Below, in pieces: positions 47,732-56,578 of a stretch of DNA of 64,000 bases (the first letter of the stretch is position 1; each line of letters starts with the position of its first letter). The notes under the pieces are model-generated. The model searched no databases and had not been told where the DNA came from. It saw only the letters and a list, made by a program, of their open reading frames with translations. Position numbers and translations under genes: made by a program. This stretch comes from Desulfomonilia bacterium. Lineage in GTDB: Bacteria; Desulfobacterota; Desulfomonilia; UBA1062. The stretch lies in contig CAXXDQ010000003.1 of the NCBI GenBank assembly GCA_963664325.2, positions 192,001 through 256,000 of the forward strand. The letters are read 5' to 3'.

Positions 47732-47845
47732 CCCCTGAATTTATTATGAAATAATATAGGGTATATCTAACACACTCCTTTCAAAGCCATCTGCTTGATC
47801 CAATAATTCATATTGAATAGCACCCAATTATTATAAGCACACTAT

Positions 47846-47874
47846 ATATTATGCATCATCAAACATAATGTCAA
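47846..47874 (-). promoter_or_regulatory. Promoter of the lipoprotein-TBDR-exbBD-tonB unit with ModE-like palindrome in the spacer
   Basis: Minus strand TTGACA (47874-47869)-17 nt-TAATAT (47851-47846); TTATGCA-tcatca-AACATAA at 47849-47868. Confidence 0.65.
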
Positions 47875-48294
47875 TGAAGTTTTAAGGGTAAAATACCTGG
47901 TGCATTAATGATCATTAAACTGAAAAGGCATAATGATATTTTTTTGTTAGGTCTGCCTGGCCATATTTATTGTTACAAAGGACAAAACAATATTAATTTG
48001 CCAAAAATTATTGCACTGTTCTTCCGGGATATATGAGCATGAAAGGGAAATGCACCCGAAAACCATTAAAAAGTTTTTTATATGATGGATGATTATACGC
48101 GCAACGTGTATGTTCGAAAAAATTACAAAGGATATTGTATGCCTCCGGCTGAGTTCGAGAAGCTATTTAAAGACATTCCAATTTTAAACTCTGCATCATG
48201 TTTGAAACTTTCGTCCATATTTATAAGCGTATTTCTGCGACCTGTAAGAAAAAGGCTTCATCCCTTAAGTAAACATATCATGGAAGGCAAATAG

Positions 48295-49410
48295 ATGGTT
48301 TGGTTAGCAAGATGTCCTTCCGTCCGTATTGTGCTATTCCTTTTGCTGCTGGCATCATGCGCACATAACCCCGGTTCGCATGCACAGGAACAAATACCTC
48401 CGTGGAAGTTCGCCGTTCTCTCTGATACTCAGGGTTCCCGGATGGCAGAGTCCCGGAAGCCATACATCAACGAAAGAATCCTTACGATAATTGTGCGCGA
48501 CATTGTCCTTGAACAGCCCGATTTTGTACTTGTTGCCGGTGATCTTGTGAACGGCTGGCTCCACAACGGCGGGACAGATTATCCAACCCAGTTTGAGGAA
48601 TGGAAAAAGATCATGCAGCCCGTTTATGAGGCCGGGATCAGAGTCTACCCCATACGGGGCAATCATGAAGACGGACCGGAGCGCTTTGCCCTGCCTCCTC
48701 TTCCGGCTCGCCTCGAACCGCCGGCCGACACGCAGAGAGCACTCAAGGAGGCTTTCCAACAGGCCTTTGACCAGGACTATATACCGCATAACGGCCCTTC
48801 AGGAGAAGAGGGGCTCACCTACAGTTTTCGTCACAAGAACGCCCTTATAATCGGCATAGACGTCTTCACCAATCATCAGCATAAAGTGAATCAGGCCTGG
48901 CTTGACGCCCAGTTGTCGTCCAAGACAGAGGCGCATCTCTTTGTTTATGGCCATGAGCCTGCATTTGGTGCAGGCCACATTGACAATCTCGCATTTTTTC
49001 CTCAGGAACGGGATCAATTCTGGAACTCAATCAGTAATGCAGGCGGACGCGTATACTTCTGTGGACATGACCATATGTATAACCGCGCCGCTATCGCTGA
49101 TAAAACCGGGAATGTGGTTCGCCAGATCGTATCCGGCACGGGCGGGGGTACACCGATGACATGGTCAGGCAAGTATGGCGAGGCAAAGAAAGTCAAGGGG
49201 GAATATTCCAAGAGCGGCCTTTACGGATATGTGCTGGTCACCGTTGAAGGACCCAGGGCAACAATAAAGTGGAAGGCAATAACTGATGGTCAGACCGGTG
49301 ATGCCTGGCAGGTTCTCGACACTTTTTCTTATACCATTTCTGAAAGGTCGGATAAGCAAGGGCAGATCCGACAATTCCCGGTGGCGGACAGGCTGCCGGC
49401 TTCTCCCTAG
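48295..49410 (+). CDS. Exported calcineurin-like metallophosphoesterase (possible lipoprotein)
   Basis: SDTQ, AGDLV, RGNHE, YGHEP and CGHDH motifs; LLLASC lipobox-like sequence. Confidence 0.88.
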   Translation: MVWLARCPSVRIVLFLLLLASCAHNPGSHAQEQIPPWKFAVLSDTQGSRMAESRKPYINERILTIIVRDIVLEQPDFVLVAGDLVNGWLHNGGTDYPTQFEEWKKIMQPVYEAGIRVYPIRGNHEDGPERFALPPLPARLEPPADTQRALKEAFQQAFDQDYIPHNGPSGEEGLTYSFRHKNALIIGIDVFTNHQHKVNQAWLDAQLSSKTEAHLFVYGHEPAFGAGHIDNLAFFPQERDQFWNSISNAGGRVYFCGHDHMYNRAAIADKTGNVVRQIVSGTGGGTPMTWSGKYGEAKKVKGEYSKSGLYGYVLVTVEGPRATIKWKAITDGQTGDAWQVLDTFSYTISERSDKQGQIRQFPVADRLPASP

Positions 49411-49487
49411 GGGTTTCAAAAAAGAAGTTGTTTCTGCGTTAATATCAAAAGCGACAAGTAACGGAGAGGTCCCAGTTCTTTTTTTAT

Positions 49488-49700
49488 CTAGTGGTCGACG
49501 CCAACCATCACATCAGAGGCTTTGATTATTGCATAGACCTCCTTGCCTTTGGCAAGGGCCAGTGATGTTGCGGATTCAAGGGTAATGATTGAAGTTACCT
49601 GTGCACCGCCTGCCAGTTCGATTACGACTTCAGCATTGACAGCGCCTTTTGTGAATTTTACCACCTTGCCTTTTAAAATGTTTCTCGCACTGATCTTCAT
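49488..49700 (-). CDS. mop: Molbindin (Mop/TOBE) molybdate/tungstate-binding protein
   Basis: MKISARNILKGKV...SIITLESA..L.L..G.EVYAIIKASDVMV. Confidence 0.93.
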   Translation of the reverse strand: MKISARNILKGKVVKFTKGAVNAEVVIELAGGAQVTSIITLESATSLALAKGKEVYAIIKASDVMVGVDH

Positions 49701-49717
49701 ATTTGTTTCCTCCTTTT

Positions 49718-50803
49718 CTATTGTTTATTAATTACATGAACCCCGGTGGCCTTGAATGATACAGTCACAACTTTGCCTTTTTCAAGCATTAATTCGGCTG
49801 CAGAGTTCTCAGTCACATAAGCGGTAAGTGAAAAGCCGCAATCAATATCGATCTTCAGGTAAAAGCTCTTCGGGACGATGCGCGTTATAATACCTGAAAG
49901 GACGTTTCTTGCACTGGTGTTGAAATCCTGAGAAAGCGAAACAGTGACGTTTTCAGGTCTTATTCCCAGCAGGACTTTACCGCCTGTTTTTGCCCGTCCA
50001 ATTGCCTCGAGCTGCCTGTTCGATGCCTCGACTATAATCATGCTGTTTTCTGATGATTTTACTGTCCCTTCTATCAAGGTTTCCATGCCCATGAACGATG
50101 CTATGAATTCATTCTCGGGATGGTTCATGACATCGACAGGGGCGCCTTTCTGCACGATCCTTCCCTTATCCATTACTGCAATTACGGTTGATAGTCTTAG
50201 CGCCTCATCCTGGTCATGCGTCACTATAACGGCGGTCGTGCCCGTTTCTCTCAGCACTTCACCAAAGTCATCAATCATAATCTCGCGGGTAGGTTTATCG
50301 AGTGAGGAAAAAGGTTCGTCCATGAATATTATGTCCGGCAGGACTGCGAATGCGCGTGCAAGACTGACCCTCTGCGCCTCTCCGCCCGAAAGGTTTCTTG
50401 CTGAACGCTTTAAAAGATGGGTGATGCCGAAACGTTCCGCCTGAAGATTGACCATCTCCAATATATCCTGCCTGTCCGCCTTCCTGAACCTTAGTCCTGA
50501 TGCAATGTTGGCGAAAACACTCGTGTCGAAAAGGAGCGCATCCTGGAAGACGCAGGCGGTCAAACGTCTGTAGTCAAGCATGTCCCCGTTATGGGACACC
50601 TCTTTCCCTCTGAAGACGATTGTCCCGGATGAGGGTTTAAGCAGGCCTGCAATGGCGAGCAGCAGGCTTGACTTGCCTGCGCCATTGGGCCCGATGAGGG
50701 TAAGGTGCGATCCTTTTTCAATTTCAAGTTCATCAATATTGACAACCTCAACTCCGCCGCGGGCGACTTGAAAAGATGTTATTGAAAGTATGGGTGCCTG
50801 CAT
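49718..50803 (-). CDS. tupC: Tungstate/molybdate ABC transporter ATPase with C-terminal TOBE domain
   Basis: GPNGAGKS, LSGGEAQR, MDEPFSSLD, VTHD and TSARN..KATGVH motifs. Confidence 0.88.
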   Translation of the reverse strand: MQAPILSITSFQVARGGVEVVNIDELEIEKGSHLTLIGPNGAGKSSLLLAIAGLLKPSSGTIVFRGKEVSHNGDMLDYRRLTACVFQDALLFDTSVFANIASGLRFRKADRQDILEMVNLQAERFGITHLLKRSARNLSGGEAQRVSLARAFAVLPDIIFMDEPFSSLDKPTREIMIDDFGEVLRETGTTAVIVTHDQDEALRLSTVIAVMDKGRIVQKGAPVDVMNHPENEFIASFMGMETLIEGTVKSSENSMIIVEASNRQLEAIGRAKTGGKVLLGIRPENVTVSLSQDFNTSARNVLSGIITRIVPKSFYLKIDIDCGFSLTAYVTENSAAELMLEKGKVVTVSFKATGVHVINKQ

Positions 50804-50805
50804 GC

Positions 50806-51504
50806 TTATCTCGGTCGTTTTCTCTGCTGTATCATTGTAAGTCCAAGATTAATAAGGAATGTCAGCAGGAGAAGTATAACACCCAGTGCTATCGCCACGT
50901 CAAAGTTCCCTTTACCGGTTTCCATGACAGTGGCCGTTGTAAGCACCCGGGTGTAGTTCTTGATATTGCCGCCCACCATTATTGAAGCGCCCACTTCGGA
51001 TATAACGCCTCCGAAGCCGGCCATAATGGCGGCCATCAAGGGCAATCTGGCCTCTTTTGCAAGCATCCAGAGCATCTGGGCCCGGGTTGCCCCGAGCCCC
51101 AGTATTTGAAGGCGCATTTTTTCTGGCAGGTTCTGAATGGCTGCAATGGAAAGCCCCATGATTATGGGTGTGGCGATAACCGCCTGGGCAATGATTATAG
51201 CGGTCGGCGTATAAAGAAGCCCCAGACTTCCTAGCGGGCCGTTTCTCCATAAAAAGATTGTTACAAAAAGGCCGACAACCACTGGCGGCAGTCCCATGCC
51301 TGTGTTTATGGTGCTGATGACAAGTTGTCTTCCCGGAAACTGATTCAGGCCTATCAGCATTCCTAAGCCTATACCCAGAAAAAGGCTTATGAAAGTGGCA
51401 AGGCCTGAGACTTTAAGAGTAAGCAGTGTGATCCCGATTACTTCCGGGTCAAAAGAAAAAAGCAGGACTATAGCCTGCCATATGCCTTTGAAGATTAGAT
51501 CCAT
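50806..51504 (-). CDS. tupB: Tungstate ABC transporter permease
   Basis: NTGMGLPPVVVGL, GPLG and ISEVGASIMVGGNI..YTRVLTTA motifs. Confidence 0.92.
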   Translation of the reverse strand: MDLIFKGIWQAIVLLFSFDPEVIGITLLTLKVSGLATFISLFLGIGLGMLIGLNQFPGRQLVISTINTGMGLPPVVVGLFVTIFLWRNGPLGSLGLLYTPTAIIIAQAVIATPIIMGLSIAAIQNLPEKMRLQILGLGATRAQMLWMLAKEARLPLMAAIMAGFGGVISEVGASIMVGGNIKNYTRVLTTATVMETGKGNFDVAIALGVILLLLTFLINLGLTMIQQRKRPR

Positions 51505-51517
51505 GAGTTAAATATAA

Positions 51518-51579
51518 GGGCCTTCCTTGTCCAGGGGAAGGCCCGCTCAACCGGAAATAGGAGAGGTTGCCTGGTTGAG
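51518..51579. other. Two hairpins between tupA and tupB (possible mRNA stabiliser or partial terminator)
   Basis: gggccttcc...ggaaggccc and ctcaacc.g...c.ggttgag. Confidence 0.45.
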
Positions 51580-51598
51580 TTCAAAATACTAATATTTT

Positions 51599-52435
51599 CT
51601 ACTCGGCTTTGCCTGCATCGGGGAAGAACAACGGCGAGCCGTATTTCTTTACGCCGAACTTTCCAATGTCGGCCTGAATTTGCTTTGACACCATGAAGTC
51701 GGAAAACGCTTTTGCGCCTTCCGCATTGACCTTCGGGAATTTTGCAGGGTTGATTTCGATGACGTGGTAGATATTGAGCAGGCTCTTGTCACCCTCGGAA
51801 AGAATAACGAGCCCAAGGTTTTTCTTCAATGAAAGGTATGTTCCGCGGTCTGCAATTGTATAGCCGTTCTTTTCTGCGGCTACATTGAGTGTCTGCCCCA
51901 TGCCGAGCCCTGTCTGCTGATACCATTTCTGGCCTTCGGGATTAATCCCGGCGGCTTTCCAGAGCCCCTTTTCCTTGGCATGTGTGCCGGAATTGTCGCC
52001 GCGTGAGATAAACAGGGATCCGCTGTCGGCAATCAGTTTCATTGCATCTTTAACCGTTTTTGCGGATTTTATTTTTGCAGGATCTGACTCGGGTCCCACA
52101 ATGATGAAGTCGTTATGCATGATGAGTTTGCGGTTTACACCATTGCCGGCATCCATAAACTTTTTTTCGGCGTCAGGTGAATGAACGAGCAGCACATCTG
52201 CCTCACCCCTTTCTCCCATTGCCATTGCCTGGCCAGAACCGACGGCTATGGTTTTGACAAAATAGCCGGTCTGCTTCTCGAATATTGGCAGAAGCTCATC
52301 AAGAAGGCCTGTGTCCTGTGTGCTTGTCGTTGTGGCAAGGATGACCGTCTTGTTTGCAGGGGCCGCTTGCACAGGAACGACAAGCATCAATGCGGTGATA
52401 AGGGCAATGATAACAGTTAAAAATTGCTTTCTCAT
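51599..52435 (-). CDS. tupA: Tungstate ABC transporter substrate-binding protein TupA
   Basis: LATTTSTQDTGLL (TTTS signature), AVGSGQA, LLVH, SRGDNSGTH and DRGTY motifs. Confidence 0.93.
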   Translation of the reverse strand: MRKQFLTVIIALITALMLVVPVQAAPANKTVILATTTSTQDTGLLDELLPIFEKQTGYFVKTIAVGSGQAMAMGERGEADVLLVHSPDAEKKFMDAGNGVNRKLIMHNDFIIVGPESDPAKIKSAKTVKDAMKLIADSGSLFISRGDNSGTHAKEKGLWKAAGINPEGQKWYQQTGLGMGQTLNVAAEKNGYTIADRGTYLSLKKNLGLVILSEGDKSLLNIYHVIEINPAKFPKVNAEGAKAFSDFMVSKQIQADIGKFGVKKYGSPLFFPDAGKAE

Positions 52436-52450
52436 GGTATTATCCTCCAG

Positions 52451-53293
52451 TTATTTGTTTTTAATATATGCTTTTGATTCAGGAACAAACAAAGCTTGGC
52501 CGTATTTGTCAACGCCGAAGGTCTTGATGATTTTCTGGCCCTTATCAGGATCGGTGAGCCATGCAGCAAAGGTCAGGGCGTCTTTCGAGTTGACGTCTTT
52601 ACATTTGTCCTGGTTTACCGGAATAATGCTTATATGGTTTATAAGTGCTTCATCCCCTTCGACAAGAATGACCAGATTTGTCTCTTTCCCGGCACCGAGC
52701 CATGTCGCCCTGTCTATTATAGTGTAGGCTTGCCCGTCGGAAGCTTCCTTAAGTGTTGCCGTATTTCCAAGGTCTCCTTTTAATCCTTTGAAATACCATG
52801 CGCCCTGCGGAACGATACCGGCCTTTTTCCATATGGCGAGTTCTGCGACATTGGTCCCTGATTTATCCCCGCGGGTTAAGAACTTTACGTTTTTGCCGGC
52901 GATTGCAGTAAAGGCTTCCGATGCTGTTTTCATGCCTTTAATACCTGCTGGATCAGCTGTCGGGCCCACTATTACAAAGTCATTGTACATCAAAGGCATA
53001 CGCTCGGTTCCGAAACCCTCTGCAATGAATTTATCTTCAAGCTCCTTTGCATGTACCAGAACGATATCCACCTGGCATTTGCGTGCGATATCAAGCGCAG
53101 CGCCCGTGCCTGCCGAAATATGCCTTACTGTTATGCCTGTATCTTTTAAAAAACCCTGCTCCAGGACATCTATTATGCCTGAATCGACCGGTCCTATCGT
53201 GCTTGCCAGAAGTACGAAGCCGCTGTTTCCTGCGGCAACTGTCTGGGTATAAATGACAAGGATAAAAAAGGCTGAAATTAATATTTTCTTCAC
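52451..53293 (-). CDS. Second TupA-like oxyanion-binding protein with altered signature
   Basis: LASTIGPVDSG replaces TTTS; AGTGAAL, VLVHA, TRGDKSGTN and DRATW motifs. Confidence 0.85.
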   Translation of the reverse strand: MKKILISAFFILVIYTQTVAAGNSGFVLLASTIGPVDSGIIDVLEQGFLKDTGITVRHISAGTGAALDIARKCQVDIVLVHAKELEDKFIAEGFGTERMPLMYNDFVIVGPTADPAGIKGMKTASEAFTAIAGKNVKFLTRGDKSGTNVAELAIWKKAGIVPQGAWYFKGLKGDLGNTATLKEASDGQAYTIIDRATWLGAGKETNLVILVEGDEALINHISIIPVNQDKCKDVNSKDALTFAAWLTDPDKGQKIIKTFGVDKYGQALFVPESKAYIKNK

Positions 53294-53303
53294 ATTATCC
53301 CCC

Positions 53304-54220
53304 TCATGTCTCCGGCCATATTACCGTGCCGGAACATTTGAAATCGTAATGTTCGAATGCATTGGCCTGGGCCTTGAATTCATCAGACCTTAAAACCGAT
53401 ATAAGGTCCTGAACCTGACGTTTAAAGAAATTATTCTTGGCAAGCACCATGTCGAATCTTTCGCTGGAAAGCGGAAAAAAATTAAGCCCCAGCATTGATG
53501 CTACAGAACCTGTGGCAACGCCAGCATCGGCCCTTCCCGATAACACGGCAAGACCTACTTCAAGGTGTGTAAAAACCACATTATCGTAACCAGCGATTGA
53601 TGATGGATCAATGTCTGATCTCTGAATAAGATCATCAAGCAAAAGTCTTGTCCCCGAGCCCGCCTGACGGTTTACAATCCTTATGTCTTTTTTCCAAGGT
53701 CCGGAATTGTTTTAATGTGCTTGGAGCTCTTTGGGGATGTTACTATACCTGTCTCCCGTGTAAACATGCTCAGTATGACTGCATCCAGCCCGGGTGCCAG
53801 TCTGGAGATGAACGGGAGATTGTACTGTCCGCTGTCCTTATCGAATAAATGTGACCATGCTATATCAACCAGGCCTTTTCCTAGCGCTGTAAGCCCATGA
53901 GAACTCCCGGTATTGGCTGAAAATACAATAATATCGGGATGAGACAACCTGAACGTTGAAAGTAGAAGGTCGAGTACAGGGTCGTTGCTGCCTGCGGCGA
54001 GAAGAGCACCCGGCATCCGGGCCGCCTTTTCCATTGCCTGTTTCATGCCTGCCCTGACATTGTCCTCAATCCATGAATCAATTATATATTTAGGAAATAT
54101 CCATTTGCCGGTAGCCTTGGTACACGGGATTTTACCTTCTTTTATAAGTGCATAAACCTGTTTTTCATGTATCTCGAGATAGGATGCAACCTCTTTTGTG
54201 TTCATCATTTCTTTTGACAT
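53304..54220 (-). pseudogene. Excisionase-type HTH + PBP Mo/W-sensing regulator split by a frameshift at 53688-53693
   Basis: First ORF MNTKEVASYLEIHEKQVY...GSNDP...GS..GL ends GGA AAA AAG ACA TAA; the -1 frame continues KDIRIVNRQAGSGTRLLLD into the 53304-53642 ORF. Confidence 0.85.
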
Positions 54221-54396
54221 GATCGCTTTCCAATAAGTCTAAATATCCTTGTTGTCCAGAAAAAAGATACACATATTAACTCGTATTTACATATATAGGC
54301 TGCCGGTGGAAAAGGTACCGCTCCTTTTTTATGAATTATTATTTTAAAATTAATTTCCGATAAATATTTAAACGGTAGGCCAGATATGGAGAAGAT

Positions 54397-55305
54397 ATGA
54401 TCAAATCCGGAGAAATTGATACTGGAATACTGGACATAATGCATGACGGGATATATTTCATAGATCTTGAAAGAAAGATAACGTACTGGAACAAGGGTGC
54501 GGAAGCAATTTCCGGGTTCAGCAGGGATGAGGTTATCGGAAAAAGCTGTGCAGACAATATCCTGATTCATATTGATGCCGCCGGCACACAGCTTTGTGAT
54601 GTTGCATGTCCTGTCAAAGCGGCATTGAAGGATTGCTCGGAAAAAGAGGTTGATGTGTTTCTGCATCACAAGAAAGGTCACAGGGTACCTGTAACGGTCA
54701 GAACAGTACCCATTCTCGATAATTCCGGCAGTGTATCAGGTGCAGTTGAAATTTTCTGGGATAATTCGGAAAATGCTTTGGATGCAGGTCTTGTTGAAGA
54801 GCTGAAAAAGGCAGCCCTCTTTGATTACCTGACTGGTCTTCCAAACAGACGCTATCTCGAAATGAGGCTGAAGATTGCATTTGATGAAATGAAACGGTAT
54901 GGTTTTCTGTTCGGGTTGATATTTACCGACATTGATCACTTTAAAAAGATAAATGATGAACACGGCCATGAAGTGGGTGATAATGTCCTGAAAATGGTCT
55001 CATCGACACTCGGCTCGAATCTCCGCTCCTCAGACCTGGCTGGCCGATGGGGAGGAGATGAGTTTATTCTGGTCATAAAGCATCTGAAAGAACCTTCGCG
55101 CATTAAAAACACTGCTGAGAAATTAAGGATGCTTGTAGAGGAATCGGGCCTTATCTTTAAGAATGAAACAATAAAGGCTACTGTCACCATGGGGGCGGCT
55201 ATTGTAAGGATGGGTGATACTCAGGAAGCCCTTATAAAAAGAGCTGACAGCCTGCTGTATAATGGAAAGGAATCAGGCAGGAATAAGGTGGTTTTTGAAA
55301 CTTAA
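54397..55305 (+). CDS. PAS-GGDEF diguanylate cyclase
   Basis: PAS (WNKGAEAISGF), D.LTGLPNRR, DIDHFK.IND.HGH and RWGGDEF with R..D I-site. Confidence 0.93.
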   Translation: MIKSGEIDTGILDIMHDGIYFIDLERKITYWNKGAEAISGFSRDEVIGKSCADNILIHIDAAGTQLCDVACPVKAALKDCSEKEVDVFLHHKKGHRVPVTVRTVPILDNSGSVSGAVEIFWDNSENALDAGLVEELKKAALFDYLTGLPNRRYLEMRLKIAFDEMKRYGFLFGLIFTDIDHFKKINDEHGHEVGDNVLKMVSSTLGSNLRSSDLAGRWGGDEFILVIKHLKEPSRIKNTAEKLRMLVEESGLIFKNETIKATVTMGAAIVRMGDTQEALIKRADSLLYNGKESGRNKVVFET

Positions 55306-56276
55306 GCCTTAGACTGTTTCCTGCGCTCGGACTCGCTTAAAAAACATCCGCCAATACATTTTGGTATGCACCGTCCGTTGCACGGCTCAACATGGATTGT
55401 AACGCTTGTGTCGGGAAAATGCTCGGAAATGTGCATCGAAAGGTCATCGGTAATGTCATGGGAGGCTTCTACTGTCATATTGGGATCTACCATCAGATGA
55501 AATTCAACAAATCTGTAATGTCCAGCTTTTCTCGTGCGCAGTTGATGGAATCCAAGAACCTGTGGCCTATGCATTATCACAAGCTCATGTATCCAATCGA
55601 TCTCGGAAGACGGAAGCCCGACATCCAGGAGGTCCTTTGCGGATTCTTTAGTAAGGTCGAAAGCTGCTTTGATTATCATGAGTGCAACGACCATGGCTGC
55701 TATGGGATCTACCCAGTGGAGGTTGAAGGGAAGTTTTAACAGGTCGTCAATGAACAGGGCGATCATTCCGAGCATGACGCCACCGGATGTATATACATCA
55801 GTCCTTAAATGCCAGGCATCTGCAATAAGAGCTACTGAATCAGTCTCTTTGCCGACTTTGAACAGGCTGTGTGAAACAATAATGTTGACCACAACCGAGA
55901 GGAACATGACAAGAACACCAAGGCTGGTTTCTCCGACAGCTGTCGGCTTAATGAACTTGTGAATTGCCTCATAGATGATCCATGTCGCAGCAAGAAAGAT
56001 GAGAAGGGCTTCAACGGTGCCTGATATGTTTTCGATTTTACCGTGGCCCCAGGGATGCTGCCTGTCAGCGGGAATTCCCGAGGTTCGTACTGAAAATAGT
56101 GCAATTACCGCAGCCAGGAGGTCAACTCCGGAATGTATGGCCTCGGAGATGATCGAAACCGAACCTATGGCAACACCAACTATGAGCTTTAGCAAAACAA
56201 GGGTTGAGTTTGATACAACGGACAGTGTGGCTACCCTTGTTTTCTTTATGTAATTTTTAGAATTGTCAATGGACAT
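55302..56276 (-). CDS. Cation diffusion facilitator (FieF-like) transporter
   Basis: EAIHSGVD, HPWGHGKIE, ADAWHLRTD, LRTRKAG and IHVEP motifs; Cys-rich tail. Confidence 0.93.
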   Translation of the reverse strand: MSIDNSKNYIKKTRVATLSVVSNSTLVLLKLIVGVAIGSVSIISEAIHSGVDLLAAVIALFSVRTSGIPADRQHPWGHGKIENISGTVEALLIFLAATWIIYEAIHKFIKPTAVGETSLGVLVMFLSVVVNIIVSHSLFKVGKETDSVALIADAWHLRTDVYTSGGVMLGMIALFIDDLLKLPFNLHWVDPIAAMVVALMIIKAAFDLTKESAKDLLDVGLPSSEIDWIHELVIMHRPQVLGFHQLRTRKAGHYRFVEFHLMVDPNMTVEASHDITDDLSMHISEHFPDTSVTIHVEPCNGRCIPKCIGGCFLSESERRKQSKA

Positions 56277-56418
56277 GATTACACCCTATTGTGGTTAAAT
56301 ATAGTTTTTATACATATATGCATGTTATATTATTAATTACATACGCATAAGATTTTGACAATTAAACAATCAAGGTATTATCTGTTTTTAATATTATAGA
56401 TTCTGTATGGCTGTTATT

Positions 56419-56549
56419 GCCGTCAGGTGAGCCGTCCCTGAAGAGGTTCCAGGTTTATGGGGCTTCGGATATCATCAAGGATTAATGAAGCTATCGCTTC
56501 AGACTGGTAATGAATGTAAATCACAACTCAAACTCCACCTTGACTGGAC
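56419..56549 (-). ncRNA. Candidate structured RNA upstream of the CDF gene
   Basis: Closing helix gtcaggtgag/ctccaccttgac, internal hairpins tgaagc-tatc-gcttca and cctg...cagg; GC-richer than its flanks. No family assigned; strand assumed from the downstream gene. Confidence 0.35.
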
Positions 56550-56578
56550 AGAGCTTTAATAATCTTAACTGTTATCTG

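Noticed and set aside
48082-48294. 70-aa ORF upstream of the phosphoesterase (similarly 4522-4743 between the MFS genes)
   Set aside because: AT-rich intergenic sequence with no RBS or motif support; probably spurious.
56419-56549. Assignment of this element as 6S RNA or as a NiCo/yybP riboswitch
   Set aside because: Only a short ctccaccttga similarity to 6S; it lacks the long rod structure and the riboswitch consensus cores, so it is left unassigned.
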